Positions 24,588 to 35,229 of a stretch of 64,000 nt of DNA are shown piece by piece. Position 1 is the stretch's first letter, and each line of letters begins with the position of its first letter. The position numbers and the translations under genes are program-made. The DNA is from a virus (taxonomy: Duplodnaviria; Caudoviricetes). Below the pieces are notes generated by a model. It was not told the origin of the DNA, made no database searches, and saw nothing but the letters and a program-made list of their open reading frames with translations. The DNA lies in IMG/VR virus record IMGVR_UViG_3300021399_003927, positions 65,492-129,491 of that record, one strand, 5' to 3'.

Positions 24588-24892
24588 AATGTCTCTAATA
24601 TATTTTATCCGTATCTTATTTATCTGTGTGCAAAGATACGAAAAATATTTGAGAAAAACAAATTTTTCAGCAACTATTTTCAGTCTGTACCTCATTTTTA
24701 GCTTATTTTATATCTTTTTGTAGCCAACAAGTATATCGTTACCTTAATTTTTCTATTTCATTTATTTATTATCGTCATAACAACACGGATATGGACATTT
24801 CACCCTTAATGCTCTATCACGCCCATCACAAGGGTTACAAGAGCATGCGTCACAACGTTTCTTCCATCTTTCATTATATTCATCCATAATAC

Positions 24893-25330
24893 TCATTTAA
24901 ACTTCCCTAATCTAATACCTTCTACAAGGTAGTTATACAATATCTCCCAATCTGTTTCTGCCTCAAACCCAAACTTGTCATCAATACCTACGTTGAAATA
25001 TGTTTTCTCATCGAAACAAGACAACGATGTATTTTCCGTTTCAGTGTTTCGGTTAATATAATCAAACCGAATGCCATTAGCTTTAAAATATCCAATATAC
25101 TCATCTATTATGCTTTTATAAGTTGATGTCCATAGTATGAGAGAAATCTGCTGTGCATGACTCATAATGTCCAATGCTTCTTTTGCAAAAGGATACCACT
25201 TATACTCTTCTTTCTCGTGATAGCAAGCCTCAAATACAGTGTCGTGAATATCCACAAGCACGTATATTTTCTCCCAATTACGGTCTTTCATTCGTTTGAA
25301 AGCACTATCGAAACTTTTTTCTATACTCAT
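24893..25330 (-). CDS. HAD-superfamily hydrolase-like protein
   Basis: DIHDT, ILWTS, IDDK motifs. Confidence 0.7.
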   Translation of the reverse strand: MSIEKSFDSAFKRMKDRNWEKIYVLVDIHDTVFEACYHEKEEYKWYPFAKEALDIMSHAQQISLILWTSTYKSIIDEYIGYFKANGIRFDYINRNTETENTSLSCFDEKTYFNVGIDDKFGFEAETDWEILYNYLVEGIRLGKFK

Positions 25331-25620
25331 AATATAATTTCATTTTAGAAAAGATTCCTACATCTGTCATAGAGCAATTAACTCAAAGGCAAATAGACTT
25401 CATATTCGATGTAGAATTACTTCTACAAGTTTTCAATCCATCACCACTTTTATTTACCTCGAAGTGCAGATTCTCACTGCTTTTCCCTTTCACAGTCTCC
25501 ATCTGGTTGCTTTACCAATCACACTGACCTCAATCACATGTTTGCCACTACAAGGTCTTCCAACTGTCAATTCAGTATCCCCATTGAAATAAATTATTTC
25601 GCCCTCGGAATCTTTTTTTG

Positions 25621-25817
25621 CTACATCGGTGGGATTCGAACCCAACGTAGAAACTAAAGCGTTTCGAGTCATGTCTAACGTGGGTATCATTGTTTAAGGT
25701 CTCTGCTAGCAACGACCCCCTCATTTCATTGACTGTATCTCTCATTTGTCCCAGATGTGGCATTAAGACTTGCAATTTTCTTAAATAATCCATACCCATT
25801 CCTCTGATACGATGTAG
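25621..25817 (-). ncRNA. ~195-nt tRNA-like RNA with large insert
   Basis: TACATCG/CGATGTA, T loop TTCGAAT, stemless D loop with AGAGGA, TGGGTAT/ATACCCA enclosing about 100 nt. Confidence 0.65.
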
Positions 25818-25820
25818 TTG

Positions 25821-25893
25821 TTGGGATTAAGGGAATCGAACCCCTACAGACCAAGAGTCAGAGTCTTGCGTACTACCATTATACTAAACCCCA
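25821..25893 (-). tRNA. tRNA-Gln(CTG)
   Basis: CAAGA-CTCTGAC-TCTTG, U1-A72. Confidence 0.9.
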
Positions 25894-25900
25894 AAGTAAA

Positions 25901-25976
25901 GGGAACATTTTTAACCGTATTCTTAAAACCCAAATTTAATTACTTGTTAATTCAATAATACTTGCTGTAAGTTCCC
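25901..25976 (-). ncRNA. ACAGCAA-stem RNA 10 (short)
   Basis: GGGAACTT-ACAGCAA ... GTTCCC. Confidence 0.75.
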
Positions 25977-25981
25977 ACTTG

Positions 25982-26053
25982 TAGCGCATAGCGGAGTCGG
26001 ACCGCTCTTCCCAGAATGAAAATCTGATGTACTAACCGATATACGAATGCGCC
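25982..26053 (-). tRNA. tRNA-Glu(TTC)
   Basis: TCAGA-TTTTCAT-TCTGG. Confidence 0.88.
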
Positions 26054-26130
26054 ATTAAAGAAAGATGCTGTGTTGGAGGCGTGAATCTCTCGCCCACTTT
26101 TCGAACTACACCTTTTCTAACATCTTTTTG

Positions 26131-26203
26131 TATTGGGTACGAGGCTCGAACTCGTAGTCTTCACAGTGAGAGTGTGATGCCTTACCAATTTGGCCAACCC
26201 AAC
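26131..26203 (-). tRNA. tRNA-Glu(CTC)
   Basis: TCACA-CTCTCAC-TGTGA. Confidence 0.9.
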
Positions 26204-26545
26204 ATAGTGTTTTTGTTTTCACGTTGCAAATATATGAAAAAAAATCGGAATATCCAAATTTTTAGCCAATTTTTAACGTATTTAAACAATTTAAGGTGGA
26301 TAATCCGTAGACTACCCACCTATACATTATATTTTGCCGATGTAAGAAGAAATCTTGTTTAAATATAATAATAAAATGATTGAGTCTACACTTAACATAT
26401 GGACATGCCACCTAGTCTTGGGTATTCATATCCAAGCTCTCTAGGCTGTTCTATATGTAGACTAAAAGTAATCATATTATTATTAACTGTTTATTATAAA
26501 TATAATGTATTTCAAAAAAAATTAAATGGAAAATGAAAAATATTT

Positions 26546-26974
26546 TTATTCCCCATTATGTTCTTCCCAAGAGGCTCTTATTTCGTCAGTAACCTGTTGG
26601 TATATGTCCGTGCCCTTTGCAAGGCCATAGACTTTCTTTGTCCATCCGAAAACGGACGTTCCAGTGCTACCAATTTTAAACCAAAGTTCATGATTGTGAC
26701 TTGAACTTGATATTTCCCACACTTGGTGCACCATAGGATATTCGTTGCCGTATCCGTCATCAATAAGGCAGAATACACAATCGCCTCTTTGAACGTCATG
26801 TGGAACACAAGGTTTAATCTTGCAGTATTCCATGTGGTTAATCAACGGACGAAGTGATGTTCCAGCTTCCCAATGATATACGGTTTCACCATTTTTAAGG
26901 GCTTCTTCGATTTCCTTATAATCTTGAACTACCCTTATTCCGTCTATTTCTTTTGGCTCATTTACTATTCTCAT
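26546..26974 (-). CDS. Peptidase S24/S26-like protein
   Basis: GTSLRP, GDCVF, MVHQV; similar layout to 552-878. Confidence 0.55.
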   Translation of the reverse strand: MRIVNEPKEIDGIRVVQDYKEIEEALKNGETVYHWEAGTSLRPLINHMEYCKIKPCVPHDVQRGDCVFCLIDDGYGNEYPMVHQVWEISSSSHNHELWFKIGSTGTSVFGWTKKVYGLAKGTDIYQQVTDEIRASWEEHNGE

Positions 26975-28434
26975 AGCATTTCAAATAAATTATAAAGTTT
27001 GTTTGTATCATCATCAATTGTAATTTTTCTATTCTTTTTTACGCCACTGAGTTTACACATTGTGTTCAAGTCTTCTTTCATAATTGCGATAGAAGAATTA
27101 AGAGACTTCACATAGTTGCTCAGAGAGTTTACCATCATGTCAACTGATGCCACACTACCATTGAAATTCATTCGTGGCAAAGAAGGAATTGTGGGCATTT
27201 TAATGTTGTAGTTTTTCATTCTGAAAACTGCTGCTTCTGCCCTTTTCCTTTGTTCTTTGATTCTTTTTTCCTCTGCTTCTATTATTTTACGTTTTTCTTC
27301 CTCTTCTCTTCTAGCCCTTTCAGCAGCTTCTTTAGCTTTCCTTTCCTTTTCAGCTTCGTACTCTTCAATGGTAATTGCACCTAGTTCATCCCAACTAATT
27401 GTGAAATACTCATTTGGGTTAACACCATCGAAATAAGCCCTATCAACGCCAAAACATCTATCAATTGAGTCTTCTACACCTTCTTTCGTTAGTTTGATTA
27501 AGATGTAAATAGTATCCTCAGATGATATGAAATTGCCATGATTGAACAGAATACCTTTTGGATAAACAATCTGAATATCCAAATTTGTTTTATCTTTGGT
27601 GATATAACCGTTGCCATATACTAGTGGTTCAATCGTCTGAATCCTTACACTCTTCTCAAACTGCTTTTCGGTGATAAGATGACCACTAGGAGTTAGGACA
27701 TACCCATCAAAGTAATCCTTAAACCCATCAAGTCTTATAAGTATGTTTCTAACGGTGTTATCAATGTCTGACAATGGAGTAGTACCTAAGTTGTTCTTAT
27801 CAAATGGTATAATGTCTTTAACCCTTTTCCAAGCTAGTTTCTTAGGAAAAAGCTGCAAACCAGTCTGATATTCAATTCCAAGCTGTGCACAGTCATTTTT
27901 AGATAATGTGAATATTAATCCTTTTTCTCCACCTACTTGTTTTACGATGACAGAATCAACTTTAACTCCATGAAACTCATCAACTATACCAACAAGTTCA
28001 TAGACTTTCTCTTCCATCTTAAACCCATCGCAAGCTACACCCCTTAAAGCATACTTCTCACCTTCAATAAACTTAGGTATCATATGCTTTGGTTCACTTA
28101 CCACGCTCATGTCGGTAAAGTCAACAGCTTCAAACAACTCTTTAGGCTGAGAAAATAGCTTCTCAACCTTTGGTGTGCTGCGTTTGCGAGGGTAGCCCAT
28201 AGCTTCCCAAGCAGCGTTGTTAATTTCGTCTATTAGCATTAAACTTCTTGCACTTTTATATAAAGCCATTTCACTAGTGTCTATCATCATAGACAACGGA
28301 AAAATAATACCGCTATCTGTGTCTAATAAAAGATTATTACCTTGTATGTCTGTTACTATCTTAACAGCACCTAACCCACTAGGGAGTTTAACCCTAGTGG
28401 GAGGCGGTATTCTAGATGGAATTATTTTTGCCAT
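26971..28434 (-). CDS. Hypothetical protein with C-terminal coiled coil
   Basis: 487-aa ORF coupled to the TelA-like gene. Confidence 0.85.
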   Translation of the reverse strand: MAKIIPSRIPPPTRVKLPSGLGAVKIVTDIQGNNLLLDTDSGIIFPLSMMIDTSEMALYKSARSLMLIDEINNAAWEAMGYPRKRSTPKVEKLFSQPKELFEAVDFTDMSVVSEPKHMIPKFIEGEKYALRGVACDGFKMEEKVYELVGIVDEFHGVKVDSVIVKQVGGEKGLIFTLSKNDCAQLGIEYQTGLQLFPKKLAWKRVKDIIPFDKNNLGTTPLSDIDNTVRNILIRLDGFKDYFDGYVLTPSGHLITEKQFEKSVRIQTIEPLVYGNGYITKDKTNLDIQIVYPKGILFNHGNFISSEDTIYILIKLTKEGVEDSIDRCFGVDRAYFDGVNPNEYFTISWDELGAITIEEYEAEKERKAKEAAERARREEEEKRKIIEAEEKRIKEQRKRAEAAVFRMKNYNIKMPTIPSLPRMNFNGSVASVDMMVNSLSNYVKSLNSSIAIMKEDLNTMCKLSGVKKNRKITIDDDTNKLYNLFEML

Positions 28435-29738
28435 TACTTCTCAAGAATTCTTATGCCATCATTTTGAAGTTCCTTGGCAATAACACGCTGTGTCGATTCA
28501 GCAACACCAAGTGCTGTCTGAGACATCTGTTTCTCCAATTTGGCAATTTCAGCCTCAGCAGCAGCACGCTTCTGAGCACCCTCTTGCTGTGCTTTCTGAA
28601 CACCTTCAACCGTAGCTAACAAATCTGTCGTAGTCTTACGAAGCGTTTCAATGTCAATGACAGTGCGCTGATTCTGCTTTGCAACTTCAATTGCTTGAGT
28701 CTTCATCATTTCAGAATTCTTCTTGAAGATTTCATTGGTTGCATTTGCAACCTTACTACTAACTTCAAGGCTTTGCTTCTGATTATACAAAGCCACTGCA
28801 AGTGAAAGCTGATTCTTCCAAAGAGGAATTGTCATGGCAATCTGAGACTCTGTATTGTTGGCATCCATGATATTGGTGCGCTGAATAATGCGAATCTGCG
28901 TGAGAGACTGCTTAAACGCATAGCGAAGCATTGTAAGGTCTGTGAGACGCTTATCCAAAGAATTTTTGTACTCTTCGATGTCGCTAATCTGATAGTCCTC
29001 ATACTCACTTGCCCTAGACTTCATGTCTTCAATCAGTGTTCCAAGCTCATCGGACTTAATCTTACCTGCAATGATAAGGTCTTCAAGTTGGCCTACATAA
29101 TCACAGTTGTTTTCAAACTGCTTCTGCAAAAGGTTGTTGTCACGAATTGCAATCTGACGAGTGGCCTCAAGCTTATTGACAATACCATCAATGTTCTTCT
29201 GAATGGTGTTGTACTTGGCTTTAATCTGTTCAACAGATACCACAAGTTTGCGCAGCATAGGAATCTTACGCAAAAACCTCTTCATCTTACTAGGTGCTTC
29301 AAGGTCATCAATGTTGACTTCATGCAATTCACCCAAAAGATTGGAAATAAGCTCTGCTGATTCGATGCTTGTACGAGAGTCCATCTGCTGAGACAAGAAA
29401 TCATTGGAATACGTGTCCATAGCCCTCTGTAGGTCAGAACCATAGCTAGAGATACTTGTCAAGTCCTTTTCGTCAAGAACTTTTGCAATTTCAGCATAAT
29501 AAGCTTTCTTTTGAGCTGGCAAGTTTTCCGTGTTAATCGTACCATCATCAGATACTCTCTTCTGAGGCAGATTTCCACTAATGTTCTCACCATTAAGCTC
29601 TGCTTCTGCTTCTTCCACAATGGTTTCAGCTACTTTCTTAGCCTTACGTCTTGACACAGTTTTCTTAGGAGCTACATCTGTTACTTCGTAGTCCTTCACA
29701 TCAACTACAGTTTCTACTGTTTTAGCCTTAGTTGCCAT
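28434..29738 (-). CDS. telA: Toxic anion resistance protein (TelA/KlaA family)
   Basis: YG..LQ, QIRIIQ.TN, TIPLWKNQL, QR.VIDIETL motifs. Confidence 0.88.
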   Translation of the reverse strand: MATKAKTVETVVDVKDYEVTDVAPKKTVSRRKAKKVAETIVEEAEAELNGENISGNLPQKRVSDDGTINTENLPAQKKAYYAEIAKVLDEKDLTSISSYGSDLQRAMDTYSNDFLSQQMDSRTSIESAELISNLLGELHEVNIDDLEAPSKMKRFLRKIPMLRKLVVSVEQIKAKYNTIQKNIDGIVNKLEATRQIAIRDNNLLQKQFENNCDYVGQLEDLIIAGKIKSDELGTLIEDMKSRASEYEDYQISDIEEYKNSLDKRLTDLTMLRYAFKQSLTQIRIIQRTNIMDANNTESQIAMTIPLWKNQLSLAVALYNQKQSLEVSSKVANATNEIFKKNSEMMKTQAIEVAKQNQRTVIDIETLRKTTTDLLATVEGVQKAQQEGAQKRAAAEAEIAKLEKQMSQTALGVAESTQRVIAKELQNDGIRILEK

Positions 29739-29879
29739 ATTATTCTAAAAATTAAAGTTATTATTCAACATTTTTGCAAATATATGAAAAATAAATGAAA
29801 TAGCCAAAATTTAAGCGTTAAAAAATATGAATTCATAAAAAACTACCCATCATTAAAGGTGGGCAGTATTAAATGTTAA

Positions 29880-30308
29880 TTAAAATGGTAAATCATCAGC
29901 TTCGTTTGTCTCATTTTTTGCAGTGGCTGCTGCAACTGCTGGTTCCTTTTTCTTGAAAGTTCCTGTTTCAGCAACTGCTTCATTAGACTGAGTACCACCG
30001 CTATTGCTTGATACGAAATCAACTCGGTCTGCAAACACTGAAACGTCTATTGCAGACTCTCCGCTCTTAGCCTTGTACAAAGAATACTTAGGCGTACCAT
30101 TAATGATTACTTGGCTACCCTTTTTCAAGTGCTCTGCCATTTTAACAGCTCTCTCACCACCCCATAGGACACTAATCCATGTGGTAAGATTCTCTCCACC
30201 AATGAAGTCATTGCTAGCGACTCTCATTGTTAAAAACTGTTTTCCATTTTTTGAAGTCTTGAGTTCAGAATCAGCCCCAAGTCTTCCGATTACTTGTAAA
30301 TATTGCAT
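29880..30308 (-). CDS. ssb: Single-stranded DNA-binding protein
   Basis: IGRLGAD, LKKGSQV, C-terminal DDLPF. Confidence 0.93.
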   Translation of the reverse strand: MQYLQVIGRLGADSELKTSKNGKQFLTMRVASNDFIGGENLTTWISVLWGGERAVKMAEHLKKGSQVIINGTPKYSLYKAKSGESAIDVSVFADRVDFVSSNSGGTQSNEAVAETGTFKKKEPAVAAATAKNETNEADDLPF

Positions 30309-30315
30309 GTTTTAA

Positions 30316-30579
30316 TTAGTTTTTTAAATATAACACTAAAAATTTATTATCTTCTGTAAAAGCCCAACCTTGTTTTTTCAATGTTTCCAATTCACTTGAT
30401 GGAAAATCCGATTCAAGTAACTCATTAACATTTATTTCGTAATAATAATCAAGAGTTTGAAAATCCATTTGCAAATTGACATTCACAAATTTATAAATGT
30501 TAACCAATTCTGCTGTACTAACTGAACAGTATTCTACTTTGTTGTCCTTTAACGTTTCCTTTAACTCCTCTAAACTCAT
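30316..30579 (-). CDS. Hypothetical protein
   Basis: 87-aa ORF after a promoter. Confidence 0.7.
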   Translation of the reverse strand: MSLEELKETLKDNKVEYCSVSTAELVNIYKFVNVNLQMDFQTLDYYYEINVNELLESDFPSSELETLKKQGWAFTEDNKFLVLYLKN

Positions 30580-30658
30580 ATTTTACTATTTTAACATTGC
30601 AAAGATATACTTTTTATTTTAAAAAACCAAAATATTTATAGTAAAATTTACAAGAAAT

Positions 30659-31156
30659 ATGAAAAAACCTAGTAAAATTAAAGCAGTAACGGCTAAAATA
30701 GCCTTTTTGCTACCTTCAAAATTCAGAATAATAAACCTTTTTGGCGTTGCTTATTGCAATAAAGTTAAAGACGCGCAAGAAATCAACAAAAGCGGTGATA
30801 AAATCGACAGCGTTCTAAAATGCCATGAAACAATCCATGTTAGGCAAGCAGAAAGCACTAAAAACTCTTGGCTCTTATATTATCTAAAGTATATATGGCA
30901 ATGGATATGCAATTTCCCATTGGTATTCGTTGGTTGGCACATGGCTTATAAGTTCATACCATTTGAACTAGAGGCATATGCAAACGAAACAAACTACGGC
31001 TACGCTTATGGCAAAGCTGAACAATGGAGGCTATTCAAACAATTAACACTGAAAGAAAAACGTAATTACTCAAAACAATATAAAAATGCTCACTGCGCAT
31101 TTAGAGATTTTATAAATAATGTCATGTTACAAGAAATGATTGGAGGCTATTATTAA
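30659..31156 (+). CDS. Hypothetical zincin-like protein
   Basis: HETIH.RQ ... PFELEAY; one of two credible plus-strand genes. Confidence 0.75.
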   Translation: MKKPSKIKAVTAKIAFLLPSKFRIINLFGVAYCNKVKDAQEINKSGDKIDSVLKCHETIHVRQAESTKNSWLLYYLKYIWQWICNFPLVFVGWHMAYKFIPFELEAYANETNYGYAYGKAEQWRLFKQLTLKEKRNYSKQYKNAHCAFRDFINNVMLQEMIGGYY

Positions 31157-31172
31157 CCTCCAATCATTTTTA

Positions 31173-31400
31173 TTATTCCTCTGATGCCTTGATGTTCATT
31201 TTAGGCTTCATGAAGAACAAGATATTCACAGTTGGCTCTATGTTTTTGACAATCTCTTCCATTGGCTTATAAGCATCTGGAGCCTCATCCAATGTCTGCT
31301 TATCAGCAGTTGTGGTATAGATGCCAGCTTCAGCCATCTGCTTCTGAAACTCTTCCACGTCAAGGTTCTGTTTTGCTGCTGAACGAGACATAATACGTCC
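31173..31400 (-). pseudogene. Displaced 3' fragment of rtcB
   Basis: GRIMSRSAAKQ ... TLDEAPDAYKP ... MKPKMNIKASEE parallels the RtcB C-terminus. Confidence 0.88.
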
Positions 31401-31403
31401 TAG

Positions 31404-34100
31404 TTACTTCTTCCTATATATAAAATAGGTGAACATATTATGTCGGTCATAGCTAGTAATCTCAAAACCAATCTCAATAGCACCGCTAAAATACAAACTC
31501 TGGTCAATTTTATCAGTAGGTTCTGCAACATACATTATTCCACCTTTCTTAAGCATTCTATAGGCTTCCTTGTAGTAGTCAATTTTATTTACACCCCACA
31601 AAGACAATGAATATATAGCGATGTCCAAAGACTCGTTATCAACATATGACGATAAATCTGTCGTATCCGCTTTAATAACAGTTTCATCCCCTAATTCGTT
31701 GCTATGGTCAAATGACAACCACTTATTATACGGTATTGCTACTTTGTTTTTTAACTCATTTCTACCACATCCAAGGTCTGCTATAGTCCCACAATATTGT
31801 AACTCATTAATTTTACTCGCAATCACATCTTGTGGGTCTTCTTCCCAAGTGGAACGGATAATATCTCTAGCATCGTGATACTTAACCAATTCTTCTGGGT
31901 GCTCAGAATAATGTTTATGGGCAGTTGAAGAATTTGCTCTATTAACAAAGCAATGAGTATCTTTGACAACTGATAAACTACGAGATTTTACTACCTCTTG
32001 TGTTTCGACTTCCAAATTAACAGTAATACCACTATCTTGCCGAACAAAAATATCATCAGAGTTAACTCGTTCCTTCCAGGTCTTCAATGCTTCTACGGAC
32101 TTTCTGTATAAAGTCTCACGAGTATAAAACTGCATCTGTGGTATGACACCATCAATTACACAATCGGCTAGGGTTTTCTTATATTTAATAACATCAAATC
32201 GTTGCTTATCCCAACTCCATTCTTTGCCGTTAGCATCGTGAACAATTACTTGTGGGATAATAATCCTAACAGTTGCGTCTTCGTTCATTCCTTGACGATA
32301 AATTCTCCCTTTCAACTGTTCAAAATCAGCATTAGTCCAAGGAAGGGTTATTAGAATCATTGTATCACAAACCTCTTGCAGTCTATCCACTCCAGTAGTA
32401 ACAGGGTCAGACGCTATCATAATATCGGCACTGCCATTACGGAAACGTCCAAGTTCATCGTCACGAGTTTCTCTGTTATCAGAGTATATAGCTGTTGAGA
32501 AGCCTTTACTCTCAACAAATTTACGTATGGGTATTATAAAGTCAGTGGTATAGTGTGTGTATATCAGCACCCCTTTTTTAAGAAAAGGTACGATAGCATT
32601 CAACTTATCCATAACAAACATTTTCTCAGTATCAATTGACTTAATCCCCTTCAAGCTCTCAAGATACTTATCCCCATTTATTAACAAAGAGTCAGTATTA
32701 TCACTTGTAAGCATAACTAATTCCTTGTCATACTTAGGAACAAATCTTAAACCATGTATCAAAAGCATCTGATGAAGCTTTAGAGCATTAGATAAAGTTC
32801 GATTAGTCTTTATGTCATCAAACTTGTTATTGGTTAACAGTGATAATAAAGACTTAGCCTCAGATAATTCATTAATGACTGGTGTTCCAGACATAACCAT
32901 ACCAAACATATCCTTATTTATCTCTCTTGACCAATTAATCAGTTTAACAAGTCTTTCCCTCCTTGCTGATTCCTTCACGTCTTCTCCACGTTTTTTAGCC
33001 TTATGTACTTCATCAATGATAATGAAATCAACCCTATAATCAGCAATGCGCTTCAAGCTAGGTTCTTCATTGGCTTGAGAAAACCTACTATAAGGTATAA
33101 GTACATAATTATACTTGCTCATGTCGAACTCAATATTATCATACTTATTATCATCTATGATGCGCACATAAGTTCCAGTAGATTCTGGAAATGCATTGAG
33201 AATATCGTTTTTCCACTGCTGCATTGTGCTATTTACGCCAACAATAACGGTTAAATGCGACTCAACTTCTCTTGACGATATGATGGCCGATAAAGTTTTA
33301 CCAGAACCCATTCCAGACCAATTGCCGTACCAATGATTCTTCTTAACTCTATGAACCATTAACTTCTGCATAAGGTTAGGCTCAACTACTACGATATTGC
33401 CATTTTTTCTCACCTTATACCCAAAACCGCTAGGAACTTTATATCCTATAACGTCTTTATATTCATCAATAAAACGCTCAAACACAATCTTAGAATATTT
33501 ACCACAATTTTTGTGCTCCTGGTAAATATCGTCTAATGTGATAACGTTGTTTATAACAGATTCCCATAATTTTCTCATTTTGTTGGTAATAAGCACTTCT
33601 ATGGCCTCACCATCATCTATGGCGTTTACTAGGGAATTATCAATTGTTTTAAGATTTTTCACAAGACGTAACTTAGCAAGCTTCTTGTCATCTTCATCAT
33701 CTTCTGATGACTTACTTTTTTCACTATCTGTTGTGTTATTGCGCTTACTACTTGAACTATTAGATGATTCTTCTTCATCCTCTTCTTTGTCTTCTGGTAT
33801 TTCATTGCTATCGTAAGTTGACTTTGATATATCTTCGCCACCATCAATAGCAGTCTTTATACCTTCCAAAACCGTTTTTCTCTGGTCTGAGAATGGTTCT
33901 GTGGTAAGTATACTCCTAGTAGAGTCATTATTTGGTAATATACCTTGGTTAATGATTGTCAATAAATCAACTGAGTCCATTGCCAAAAGGTCACTGTCTT
34001 CAATATTGTTAAGCAATTCAGTGAACACCTTACCGCATATTGAAACAGCACCACTTTGTCTTCCTATGTTTTTTCCTCTTATAATCATATTATCAATCAT
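31404..34100 (-). CDS. SNF2-like helicase fused to Rrp8-like (Methyltransf_8) methyltransferase
   Basis: GMGSGKT, DEVH, SGTP, QLKGRIYR; C-terminal IADLGCG, AIYSLSLWG, EAYRMLKKGG. Confidence 0.82.
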   Translation of the reverse strand: MIDNMIIRGKNIGRQSGAVSICGKVFTELLNNIEDSDLLAMDSVDLLTIINQGILPNNDSTRSILTTEPFSDQRKTVLEGIKTAIDGGEDISKSTYDSNEIPEDKEEDEEESSNSSSSKRNNTTDSEKSKSSEDDEDDKKLAKLRLVKNLKTIDNSLVNAIDDGEAIEVLITNKMRKLWESVINNVITLDDIYQEHKNCGKYSKIVFERFIDEYKDVIGYKVPSGFGYKVRKNGNIVVVEPNLMQKLMVHRVKKNHWYGNWSGMGSGKTLSAIISSREVESHLTVIVGVNSTMQQWKNDILNAFPESTGTYVRIIDDNKYDNIEFDMSKYNYVLIPYSRFSQANEEPSLKRIADYRVDFIIIDEVHKAKKRGEDVKESARRERLVKLINWSREINKDMFGMVMSGTPVINELSEAKSLLSLLTNNKFDDIKTNRTLSNALKLHQMLLIHGLRFVPKYDKELVMLTSDNTDSLLINGDKYLESLKGIKSIDTEKMFVMDKLNAIVPFLKKGVLIYTHYTTDFIIPIRKFVESKGFSTAIYSDNRETRDDELGRFRNGSADIMIASDPVTTGVDRLQEVCDTMILITLPWTNADFEQLKGRIYRQGMNEDATVRIIIPQVIVHDANGKEWSWDKQRFDVIKYKKTLADCVIDGVIPQMQFYTRETLYRKSVEALKTWKERVNSDDIFVRQDSGITVNLEVETQEVVKSRSLSVVKDTHCFVNRANSSTAHKHYSEHPEELVKYHDARDIIRSTWEEDPQDVIASKINELQYCGTIADLGCGRNELKNKVAIPYNKWLSFDHSNELGDETVIKADTTDLSSYVDNESLDIAIYSLSLWGVNKIDYYKEAYRMLKKGGIMYVAEPTDKIDQSLYFSGAIEIGFEITSYDRHNMFTYFIYRKK

Positions 34101-34167
34101 TATTTATTTGACGGTGCAAAGATACGAAAAATTTACTAGTCAGCCAAATATTTTGTGTTAAAAATAA

Positions 34168-35229
34168 TTAATATAGCTCCTTACGATATTTTACAAACTT
34201 ATTATTGGATATTTTATAATCACCAAATTCAGACTCAATGTGTTCTTTCGCATATTCCCAAGCATTATCATCAAACACATTGTTGGATAGGTCAAATACC
34301 CCACCAATAAAAGATGGCATCCCAATAAAAGAAGATAAATTTTCATCCTTACATATAAAATCGCCAAACACTCTTCTTGGACATCCTTCAAAAGTATTAA
34401 CCCTTTCACCTTGAATCCATTTCTCAGTAAATGAATCCCACATCTTTGACGTTATGGTAAATCTGCTTACTATTGCTTCACCAAACTTTATATACTCTGG
34501 TATGGATTTGTCTTCAACTGACACTGAAACTCCTTTATTTGGGTTGTTAAGACCTTGCCAAGCATATTCATATCCAGGTTCAATATCAATGGTGTAGTCA
34601 TCATTGATAAAATATGTATAGTATATATTGGGAGTTATATTACTATTAAGAAAGACTACGATTTTATTAACCAATGCTTTGTCCTTGCATAATGGACTCA
34701 CACATATATCCTTATCTTGTTGACTTCTTGGGTGTGCAATATATAACTTTTTATCGTGAGCACTAAATCCATATCTTTCCATTCTACAGATTGGACATAG
34801 TTTGCTACCATTTAGAAATTCTTGTGGATATGTTTCAAATGATATGTTGTGATTCTTACAAGTAACTTTAATCTGAGAGTTCTTTGACGTTAAATTAGTT
34901 GCCTCCATTCCCCAGTATGTCTTATAGTTAAACTCAAACTCATTATCCATATGTTTTTTCAACGCAGCGTTTAAAAAGTCTTTAGTTAAAATATTAACTT
35001 CTTTCGCCTCATTACTTACAATTGGACACCATTCTGGTTTAACGCCATACCCATAATACCAGTTTTCTGAGTAATGTTTGCCTATGCCGCCAGAAAGTAG
35101 ATTATATTCTTCTACTACGTTTTCTCCAACTTCCTTCATATCAGAAGCGGAACAACATAATTTTTGTCCATTCCAAACACAATATGTACAATCAAAATCA
35201 CACATTTTACTTATATTTTCTTGGTGCAA
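34168..35229 (-). CDS. Hypothetical protein (Zn-ribbon and LRR-like tail)
   Basis: TCKNH ... CPIC; FEGCP..V.GDF repeats; start uncertain. Confidence 0.7.
   Translation of the reverse strand: MHQENISKMCDFDCTYCVWNGQKLCCSASDMKEVGENVVEEYNLLSGGIGKHYSENWYYGYGVKPEWCPIVSNEAKEVNILTKDFLNAALKKHMDNEFEFNYKTYWGMEATNLTSKNSQIKVTCKNHNISFETYPQEFLNGSKLCPICRMERYGFSAHDKKLYIAHPRSQQDKDICVSPLCKDKALVNKIVVFLNSNITPNIYYTYFINDDYTIDIEPGYEYAWQGLNNPNKGVSVSVEDKSIPEYIKFGEAIVSRFTITSKMWDSFTEKWIQGERVNTFEGCPRRVFGDFICKDENLSSFIGMPSFIGGVFDLSNNVFDDNAWEYAKEHIESEFGDYKISNNKFVKYRKELY

Noticed and set aside
2174-25976. ACAGCAA repeats as a CRISPR array, terminators or MITEs
   Set aside because: They are dispersed and irregularly spaced, interiors vary from about 45 to 140 nt, stems covary rather than stay identical, and there is no consistent target duplication or cas gene.
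77-26362. Short ORF-track calls across the RNA array, mostly plus strand (e.g. 77-316, 1133-1318, 14226-14519, 16056-16292; minus-strand 3880-4062, 7030-7233, 25490-25799)
   Set aside because: They overlap tRNAs, introns or structured RNAs and lack recognisable protein features.
26294-26480. IS200/IS605 end or omega-RNA (GTAGACTACCCACC hairpin and a larger downstream inverted repeat)
   Set aside because: No tnpA, tnpB or iscB nearby; more simply explained as terminator-like hairpins.
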